DNA from: Candidatus Syntropharchaeum caldarium
Lineage (GTDB): Archaea > Halobacteriota > Syntropharchaeia > Syntropharchaeales > Syntropharchaeaceae
Assembly (NCBI GenBank): GCA_001766815.1
Contig: LYOS01000003.1
Span: 175,254-207,253 of the forward strand
DNA: 32,000 bases
Direction: 5' to 3'
The stretch's first letter is position 1, and each line of letters starts with the position of its first letter. Of the stretch, positions 1 through 7,600 are shown piece by piece. Made by a program: the position numbers and the translations under genes. A model generated the notes under the pieces. The model had not been told where the DNA came from. It saw only the letters and a program-made list of their open reading frames with translations, and did no database searches.

Positions 1-1
1 A

Positions 2-331
2 AAAGGGATTCTGAATTACTTTGAGCTTGAATCAAAGAGTCTGAAGGAACGAGCGCGTTATTTTGATGCTTTTCTTTCAAGGATTCAGATTGCAACGATC
101 AAGTTCTCAAAAAGAGAAAAACATCGTGCCCTTACATTCGTGGGAGGTACACCATTTGCAAGGGCATTTTTGGGCGTAACAGAATATGCAATCTGTTATC
201 ATACCGCAGGAATTATCGCTGGCTGCACCAAAGCACTTTTTGATAGGGACGTGGTTGTGGTTGAGTCAAGGTGTCTTGCCAGAGGGGATAATGATTGTGA
301 GTTTCGGGTATGGCCGGATGAACTGGAGTGA
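2..331 (+). CDS. V4R (4-vinyl-reductase-type) domain protein, C-terminal part; the 5' end lies outside the window
   Basis: The frame is open from nt 2 to the TGA at 329-331, so the GTG at 140 in the ORF track is internal. The C-terminal GIIAGCTKALFDRDVVVVESRCLARGDNDCEFRVW resembles the V4R small-molecule-binding domain signature (E..C.a.Gd..CxF). Confidence 0.55.
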   Translation, partial: KGILNYFELESKSLKERARYFDAFLSRIQIATIKFSKREKHRALTFVGGTPFARAFLGVTEYAICYHTAGIIAGCTKALFDRDVVVVESRCLARGDNDCEFRVWPDELE

Positions 332-412
332 TGATAATAAAACAGGTAGATTACGTTACCACAAAACTTTATATGTTATTTGTGATATTACAGCAGTAAG
401 AGGGTAATCGAA

Positions 413-853
413 ATGGATTTAAACGATTGTATTAAATTTGCGAATGAAAATCCTGTCTGTTATGTTGCAACAGTAGATGGAGATCAGCCGAGAGTCAGGG
501 CGTTTTTAATGTGGTTCGCTGATGAAACCGGTTTTTACTTTCACACCGCAGCCACAAAATCGGTTTACAAACAGTTAAAAGCAAATCCAAAAACAGAAGT
601 GTGCTTTTATGCTGCAGATACACCACCCGCTGGCGGCAGGATGATGAGAGTTTCAGGTAAGGTTGAATTTCTTGATGATGCAGAACTTAAAACACGGCTA
701 TTTAAAGAAAGACCTTTCTTAAAGATGACCGGACTGAAAGCGCCGGATAAACTTCCGCCAGTTGCGATCTTCAGAATATATACCGGTGAAGCTCATTTTT
801 GGACCATGGAGGATAATATAAAAGAGTCAGAAATTGAGAGAATAAGCTTTTAG
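413..853 (+). CDS. Pyridoxamine-5'-phosphate-oxidase-like split-barrel flavin (FMN or deazaflavin) binding protein
   Basis: 146 aa. NPVCYVATVDGDQPRVRAF...FYFHTAATKSVYKQLKANPKTEVCF matches the PNPOx-like pattern (LATvd.dG.P..R, F.T...s.K...l..NP.v). A GAGGGT SD lies 7 nt upstream and a TTTATAT box lies about 40 nt upstream. Confidence 0.6.
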   Translation: MDLNDCIKFANENPVCYVATVDGDQPRVRAFLMWFADETGFYFHTAATKSVYKQLKANPKTEVCFYAADTPPAGGRMMRVSGKVEFLDDAELKTRLFKERPFLKMTGLKAPDKLPPVAIFRIYTGEAHFWTMEDNIKESEIERISF

Positions 854-897
854 AGTGTGTTAAAGGCGCGAGGAAGCACCGTTATCTCGGTTAAGAG

Positions 898-1410
898 GTG
901 GGACGTGGTGTTTTGAGGCGGTTGGAAATCGAAAGAAAATTTCCAGTTGAAGTCTTTGAGGATCCAAGGGCAAAAGAAATTAAATTTCTACGATGTATCC
1001 AGTGTGGAAGATGCACCGGCGGCTGTCCCGCAGCTTACGTCTTTGATGATTTCTCACCGCGAAAAGTAATACTCAAGCTTCTTGAAGGAGAAATAGATGA
1101 CCTTCTCAGGAAAGATTTGATATGGCACTGCGGTCAGTGTTATACATGCCATATGAGATGTCCCAGAGGAAACAGCCCGGCAACAGCAGTTTTGATTTTG
1201 AGAGAGCTTGCGCTTGAACGGGGTTATTCAATTGGTAAAGTAAAAGAGATCGCAGATCAGTGTGGCAGACTGATGTGGGCAAAGGGTGTTAACTTCTATG
1301 GGGAAGGCTCAAGAGAGCTTTCAGATGAAGCAATTTGTGAGGTGCAGGAAGTTCTCAAACAAAGCGGTTATAAATCATTTCTCGAAATGCTGGGGGTTGA
1401 TCTTCCTTGA
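898..1410 (+). CDS. hdrC: Heterodisulfide reductase subunit C-like protein (2x[4Fe-4S])
   Basis: Two CxxCxxCxxxCP motifs are present (CIQCGRCTGGCP, CGQCYTCHMRCP). Size is HdrC-like, and the stop overlaps the start of the CCG-domain gene. The start is uncertain (GTG 898, TTG 913 or TTG 922). Confidence 0.75.
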   Translation: MGRGVLRRLEIERKFPVEVFEDPRAKEIKFLRCIQCGRCTGGCPAAYVFDDFSPRKVILKLLEGEIDDLLRKDLIWHCGQCYTCHMRCPRGNSPATAVLILRELALERGYSIGKVKEIADQCGRLMWAKGVNFYGEGSRELSDEAICEVQEVLKQSGYKSFLEMLGVDLP

Positions 1411-2240
1411 ATGAAGAACGGTATTATCTTTTTAAAAGCTGTGTGCTCTCGGCGTATTATCCAAAAGCTGAGGACTGCCTCAGGGCTATATTTGATGAAC
1501 TTGGCGTTGAGTATGTCAACGATCCAGCCCATTCAAGCTGTACAGGGCATGGTTATCATGCCGGGATCTATCCACTAAAGACGGCACTTGAGGTCAATCG
1601 CAGAAACTTCTCACTTGTTAAAGATAGTAATTGTGATGATATAGTGGCATCCTGCCCAACGAGCTATGCAATGCTGAAAGAGATGTCAACACTCTTAGAT
1701 GAACCAATAGGTGTTTATCATGGCTCAGAGGTGATATATAAATATCGAGATGAGATCTCAGAGATATTAAAGTATAATCTTGAGGGTATGCGGGTTGTAA
1801 CACACCATGGTTGCCATTTCACAAAGATTTTTTACAATGATGTTACGGTCGGCGATGCTGAACGCCCAGTACTTCTTGATGAGATTGCAACCTCACTTGG
1901 GGCTGAGGTTATAGACTACAGCGAACGAAGCCTGTGCTGTGGTATGGGATTCAAACATCTGCTTCTTGATCAGGAATACTGCAAAAAAATCGCGCTTCGA
2001 AAGCTTGAAAACATCAAAAAAGCAGACCCTGATTTGATACTTGTTCACTGCCCAGGCTGTCTTCTTACACTCGATCGATTCCAGGTTATTCTGGAAAAGG
2101 AAACAGGAATTGAGCTTCAGATACCAGTTTTAAACTACACAGAGCTTATTACACTCCTGCTCGGATCAGATATAGATGCAATTGGCGCAGCAGCACATCA
2201 TATCAGGCTCGACAATCTAATCAAGAGAATCGAGAAATAA
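1407..2240 (+). CDS. hdrB: Heterodisulfide reductase subunit B-like CCG-domain protein. The N-terminal CCG motif is degenerate and the C-terminal one is intact.
   Basis: The C-terminal CCG domain is complete (HHGCHF...SLCCGMGF...HCPGCLL). The N-terminal one reads FKSC...SSCTGHGY...ASCPTSY, so CCG becomes CTG and CxxC becomes CxxS. It uses a TTG start overlapping the hdrC stop and is followed 2 nt later by hdrA. Confidence 0.7.
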   Translation: MNEERYYLFKSCVLSAYYPKAEDCLRAIFDELGVEYVNDPAHSSCTGHGYHAGIYPLKTALEVNRRNFSLVKDSNCDDIVASCPTSYAMLKEMSTLLDEPIGVYHGSEVIYKYRDEISEILKYNLEGMRVVTHHGCHFTKIFYNDVTVGDAERPVLLDEIATSLGAEVIDYSERSLCCGMGFKHLLLDQEYCKKIALRKLENIKKADPDLILVHCPGCLLTLDRFQVILEKETGIELQIPVLNYTELITLLLGSDIDAIGAAAHHIRLDNLIKRIEK

Positions 2241-2242
2241 AA

Positions 2243-4303
2243 ATGAAAACTGGAATTTTTTTATGTGGTTGTGGTGGAAACATCAGTGATGTGATCGATC
2301 TCAAAGAGATCAAAGAAATATTTGAGAGCGAGAAATTTTTTGTTAAAATCGATGAACATCTCTGTTCCAACCAGGGATGCAGGCTTATAGTGAATTCCAT
2401 CAAGGATTATGGGCTGGAAAGGATTGTTATTGCAGCATGCTCACCTATGATCCATGAAAATCGCTTTAAAAAGGCGATTGCAGATCTACTAAATTTAAAC
2501 TTTCTTCAGATCGCAAATATCAGGGAGCAATGTGGATGGGTGCATCCAGCAGATGAGGCAACAAGAAAAGCGGTTGCACTTATAGGTGCAAAAGTTGAGC
2601 GGGCGAAATACGCCACGCCACAAAAGCAAGAGAGGATTGAACCATACAGAAAAGTTGCGGTTATTGGTGGTGGGGTTTCTGGTATAACTGCTGCACTATC
2701 ACTTGCAAAGTGTGGCATTGAGGTGGATCTCATCGAGCAGGATGCAACGATCGGTGGACACATGGTTCAGATTGGAAAAGTATTTTCACCCGATAAGATC
2801 GCTATTGAATGTGCACTCTGCTCGCTTGCACCAATCATGAGCGATCTCTATAACCACCCATTGATCAATCTGTACGATCGGTCAACGTTGAAAGAAGCCA
2901 CAGAATCAATGGGTAGATTTGAGCTTGTGATCGAGCGATTGCCGCGATATGTAATCGATCGTCAGTGTCTTGAGTGCGGGAAGTGCATGTATGTATGTCC
3001 GGTACATGTGCCTGATGAATGTAACCTTGGCATGAAAATGAGAAGGGCAATTTACATTCCATTTCCTCAGGCTATTCCGCCAACATTTGTGGTTGATATT
3101 AAAGCATGCATTGAGTGTGGAAAGTGCATCGAAGCGTGTGAGTCTGGTGCGATCGATCTTAAGATGTCAAAAGAGGAGATCAAACTCAATGCTGGTGCGA
3201 TCGTGGTTGCAACAGGGTATAAACGATTCGATCTTGAGCGAATTAAAGAGTATGGATATGGGAGGTTAAATAATGTTATAAGCCAGATGGAGCTTGCAAG
3301 GATCCTTGCCGTAAATGGTCCAACTCAGGGTGAACTTCTGAGTATTTCTGATCGTAAGCCACCAAGAAGGATCACCATGATACAGTGTGCTGGATCGAGG
3401 GATGAGAAGGTTGGGAACAGTTATTGTTCAAAAATTTGCTGTATGATTGCATTGAAACATGCATCTTTCATCAGAGAGCACTTTCCAGAAACCGAGGTTG
3501 TGATTTCTTATACCGATATGCGCACGATGGGGAGATTTGAGGAGTATTATCGTTATGCACAGGATCTTGGTGTGATATTTATTCGGGGCAGAGCCTCTGA
3601 AGTCGTGGAACTTGATGGTACCCTTGCTGTGAGGATGGAGGATACACTTTCTGGAGATCAGATCGAGGTTGAGTCTGATATGGTCGTCCTCTCTGAGGGA
3701 CTTGAAGCATCAGATGGTACAATTAAAGTTGCAGAGATCCTGAATCTGAACCAGCGGGAGGGGGGTTTCATAAAAGAAGCACACCCAAAGCTTCGGCCCG
3801 TTGGTACAGAGAGAAAAGGCATCTACGTCTGTGGGTGTGCAAATGGCCCAAAAGACATCACTGAGAGTGTCATCGAGGCAGGTGCTGTCTCATCAGAGGT
3901 GATCGCTCACCTCACAGGTAAAATTGAACTCAACTCAAAGGACATTAGCGACGATGAATTTCTTGCAGAGATCAATGGACATTTCCAGTGGAAACAGGAG
4001 GGTGGGGGTGTGGTACTTGCCCTTCTTGATGAACAGGTTGGATACAGATGTGCTGATAACATCGGGGCAAAACGACTGAAGTATCCTGCCAGTATAAGGA
4101 TCATAATGGTACCATCGATCGAAACGGTAAAAGAAGAACATCTCAGGTATGCACTTGATAAAGGGGCAGATCGAATCATTCTTGGGCTGCACAATGGTCT
4201 CGATCTTGAGATTCCAGAGGATCTTGAAGGTAGAGTAATAAAAGAGAATGTCTATACACCACACTTCAGGGGATTGAGAGATATATTTCTGAATCTGGGA
4301 TAA
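2243..4303 (+). CDS. hdrA: Heterodisulfide reductase subunit A-like flavoprotein with a C-terminal cysteine-free MvhD-like domain
   Basis: The HdrA N-terminal domain is present (GIFLCGCGGNISDV, AACSPMIHE, ANIREQCGWVH). So are the FAD motif VAVIGGGVSGITAALSLAKCG and the inserted ferredoxin domain (CLECGKCMYVCP, CIECGKCIEACE). The CAGSRD and CSKICC motifs are also present. The last ~97 aa align to MvhD but lack its cysteines. Confidence 0.85.
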   Translation: MKTGIFLCGCGGNISDVIDLKEIKEIFESEKFFVKIDEHLCSNQGCRLIVNSIKDYGLERIVIAACSPMIHENRFKKAIADLLNLNFLQIANIREQCGWVHPADEATRKAVALIGAKVERAKYATPQKQERIEPYRKVAVIGGGVSGITAALSLAKCGIEVDLIEQDATIGGHMVQIGKVFSPDKIAIECALCSLAPIMSDLYNHPLINLYDRSTLKEATESMGRFELVIERLPRYVIDRQCLECGKCMYVCPVHVPDECNLGMKMRRAIYIPFPQAIPPTFVVDIKACIECGKCIEACESGAIDLKMSKEEIKLNAGAIVVATGYKRFDLERIKEYGYGRLNNVISQMELARILAVNGPTQGELLSISDRKPPRRITMIQCAGSRDEKVGNSYCSKICCMIALKHASFIREHFPETEVVISYTDMRTMGRFEEYYRYAQDLGVIFIRGRASEVVELDGTLAVRMEDTLSGDQIEVESDMVVLSEGLEASDGTIKVAEILNLNQREGGFIKEAHPKLRPVGTERKGIYVCGCANGPKDITESVIEAGAVSSEVIAHLTGKIELNSKDISDDEFLAEINGHFQWKQEGGGVVLALLDEQVGYRCADNIGAKRLKYPASIRIIMVPSIETVKEEHLRYALDKGADRIILGLHNGLDLEIPEDLEGRVIKENVYTPHFRGLRDIFLNLG

Positions 4304-4305
4304 TC

Positions 4306-4641
4306 ATGAACGACAGGATAAAATCGAGAGAAAAAGCAATATTTGAAGCAGGAATTAAACTTGGAGCGCTGTATCATCAATTCATTGGTTCTCCAGTAAG
4401 TCCTGAGAGTGCAGATTCACTTGAGCGTGCGATAGAGGAAAGCATCAGAAACCAGCCCTATGTTGAATCAATCTCAGTGAGGATTGATAGAAACCATCTC
4501 AAAGAGAACCTGAACAGCTTTGGGTACACAGAGCTTACAGGGCTGATGCTTGAGGTTGAGCTTGCTGTAAAAGTTGATGAAACCCGCATTCATGCAGGAA
4601 TGAAACCTGTTGATGGCTATCCATTGATGTCACTGCTTTAA
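4306..4641 (+). CDS. mptD: Probable archaeal dihydroneopterin aldolase (MptD family, tetrahydromethanopterin biosynthesis)
   Basis: 111 aa. The N-terminal REKAIFEAGIKLGALYHQFIGSPVS matches my recollection of the small archaeal DHNA/MptD family. The start lies 2 nt after the hdrA stop. The assignment is from memory and was not searched. Confidence 0.5.
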   Translation: MNDRIKSREKAIFEAGIKLGALYHQFIGSPVSPESADSLERAIEESIRNQPYVESISVRIDRNHLKENLNSFGYTELTGLMLEVELAVKVDETRIHAGMKPVDGYPLMSLL

Positions 4642-7600
4642 CCGTGATTTTACATAGTCATCAGACTCAAGGTCAAGCCGATCCACCGCAGGGGTTGATA
4701 CGCTGGCAAGCACATCAAAAAAAACATCTTCAATCATCCTCTTTGCCTCCTCGTCCCTGCCCTCTATCCTGCATATCATCATCGGCTGTGTATTTGACTT
4801 TCTAACAAGTGCCTGTCCAAGCCATCCGTTCTCATCCTGCCATTTCACTATTCCGCCATCCGTTCTATCAATCTCAAGTCCCATCTCCTCAAAAACTTTG
4901 ATTACTGTATTTACAATTTCCTCCTTCTCTGCGAGATTGTTTGTGGGTAGCCTGATGTTTATCTCTGGTGTTGCAGGATATCTCGGAACTTCTTCATCAA
5001 GATCAATAAACGTCATGCCTTTACGCCTTGCTTTTGCAATCACAGTGAGAATCTTGACCGCTGCAAGCGTTCCATCATCAAACATCCAGTTCTCATCATG
5101 CCCTGACATCTGGTGCCCTGAAAGCTCTGCTGCGAGGACAACGTCCTCACCCTGTTTATATATCTCACGCATCCGTTTTTTTATAAAAGCAAAACCCGTC
5201 GGGGTCATTATATATTCGCCACCACAGGCTGTTATAAACTCCTCTGCAACGCGGGAGAACTTAACCTCGCCGATAAACTTCGGTTTCCTGGTTGGACAAT
5301 CCCAATCACTCAGAATGTCTTTTGCCTGTATTGCAAGTGTCCTGTCTCCCTCAACAACTCTCCCATCAGATCGAATGAAGATCACACGATCTGCATCCTC
5401 ATCATGTCCAAATCCTACAACTTCCTTCTCAGATTCACTGGCAGCAATCTTTACCACCGTATTTTCAAGCTCCTGCCTGTATTTCGCTTTTATTGGATCT
5501 GGATGATGAGCAGGGAAGTTTCCATCAGGTACGTCGTTCAGTGCCACAACCTCACACCCAAGGTTCTCATATACACTCACTGTACGCCAGCCTGTACCAT
5601 TCCCAAAATCGATCACAACCTTCAAACCGTCAAGTGGCCTCTCGACTGCGGTCTCTGGCATATCAAACTCATCTGGAATCCTGAGTTTTGCTCTGATCTC
5701 CTTCCACTTTTCTTCATCGATCGATTCGGGAAATTTAATCCCTGAAAGCGTATCAAGAAGTGGCTTTAACTCCCAGTTCTTTCGAAGATGAATCCAGACA
5801 GGTCTTGAAAGCCTGCAGTTTGATTCAACAAGTATGTTATGGTACCTGGGTATCAAACCCTCCTCAATCTTAACGTATTCACCATTTCCATAGAGAAAAT
5901 CTGATTCAAGAATTGTCCTCTTTATCTCAAGCATCTGGTCGCTATTTATACTTAAAATAAATCCATCTGCATCTTTTATAACCTGTTTAAGTCCATTGTA
6001 AGCTGCTTCATTATGCGATGCAGTAATATTTATTCCACCATCTGCATTTAAAAATGGGATTGAGAAGTAGAGTTCAGGGGTTGTGGTTATTCCCACATCA
6101 TAGACATTTACACCGCTTTTGCGTATACCGTCGATAAGTGGCTTTCTTATCCGTTCTGTTGAAAGCCTCACACCCCCACCAACACAGACCCATAATGTGC
6201 CAGGTTCTGCACCTTTTAACCTTCTGAGATAGGTACCATACCCCATTCCAAGATAATAGCATACTCTGTCAGGCAGATCTTTCTCTAATGCTCGCACATC
6301 GTATGTCTGGAATATCACAGGATCTATCGATTCGGGTGTCCGAAGGTATGCATTCAGGACCTTTCCTTTCGTACTCAGGTTATATGAGTCAATTGATGCA
6401 GGAACAAGGACAGTATCCCCTGTTTTAAGCACTTCATGCTTCTCGCCAACCTCAAGCGTAGCCTCTCCCTCGATACAGGTTAGAAGATGGAAAGAACCTT
6501 TAGTCTCCCATCTCCCGCTACCTATGGTAGAAAGTGTGAAATAGACCGTATCAAGGAGATTTATCTCCCCATCACGCTCAACTGGTTGCTGTCTCAGTGA
6601 TGCTGCATCTCGATTAAATACACATACTTTTTGAGCCTTCTCTATCTGCAGTTCTCTATCTCTGCCCCAGTCCCACACCCTGTATGTTAAATTTGACGAT
6701 TCCTGAATCTCGAAAAGACGAACACCCGCACCTATTGCGTGCAACGTACCTGCTGGAATTAGAAACACATCTCCCTGCTTCACATCAACCGCATTGAGGC
6801 AGGAGTCATCGATCATTGCGAGATCTGTTATCGTTTTGCAGAGGCTGAGATAGATCTTTGCATCTTTTTGTGCATCCAGAATGTACCATCCTTCCATTTT
6901 TCCTGGATCACACTCGCCGAGTGCTGCTGCGTCATCATCGGATGGGTGCACCTGCACAGAGAGGTTCTCTTTTGACTCGATGAACTTGGTTATTATCGGG
7001 AATTCTCCTCTGAAGTCTCTTGCAATCACACCTCCAAGAATCTTATCTGAAGCATGGTTCAGAAGGTGGATCAGTGGGATCTCAATCTCACCAGTTTCTA
7101 CCATCGTCTGATTTGCAGGATGTGTCGAAGCTGTCCATACCTCAGATCCCCACGCCTTATCAAGCCGCGCTGGTTTTAACCTGAGCACTGAATGACTGAG
7201 TTCATCAAAGAGCTTACCAAATCCTGCTGCAAAATATTTCTCCCATATGCGCTTCTCCTTTTCCATCTCATCGTGTGTGACATTTTCCATCAGCTTTTCA
7301 AGTTCGCTGTAGGAGTAGGGATTTGGAAGAAGTCTCTTATCCCAGTCCTTCTTTCCATCACGAAATATTCCCCTTCTCATTCTTATTTTTCCTTTTTCTG
7401 GATGGAAAATGTCTGAAACAACTTCTTTATCGGCTGAAAACCCTGAAAGTTCGATACAGTTGTAGATAAGTGATTCTGTAGCATGCACTTCATTCAACAT
7501 ACTTGAAACCACAACACACGCGGCAAGATCTGAGTTATAAATTGTACTATCTACCAGTGGGCTGCTCCCTTCTCCAAAGAAGCGACGCATCGTCTCACCC

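Noticed and set aside
186-407. 73-aa plus-strand ORF overlapping the end of the V4R gene.
   Set aside because: It is out of frame with the V4R reading frame, which carries the recognisable domain signature. It has no SD and no recognisable motif.
924-944. Inverted repeat GGAAAT-N9-ATTTCC at the 5' end of the first hdrC, considered as a possible NrpR operator because an nrpR gene is in the window.
   Set aside because: The known operator is GGAA-N6-TTCC, whereas this spacing is GGAA-N13-TTCC. It also lies inside the probable coding region. A 6-bp arm repeat of this kind is not surprising by chance in 32 kb.
4898-5506. Long antisense ORFs inside well-supported genes. Examples are 4898-5506, 10187-10756, 12160-12807, 15193-15567, 19983-20291, 20604-20894 and 28316-28849.
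   Set aside because: Each lies entirely within, and antisense or out of frame to, a gene with strong family motifs. Their products are low-complexity (S/P/R/A-rich) and lack SD sequences. They are typical shadow ORFs.
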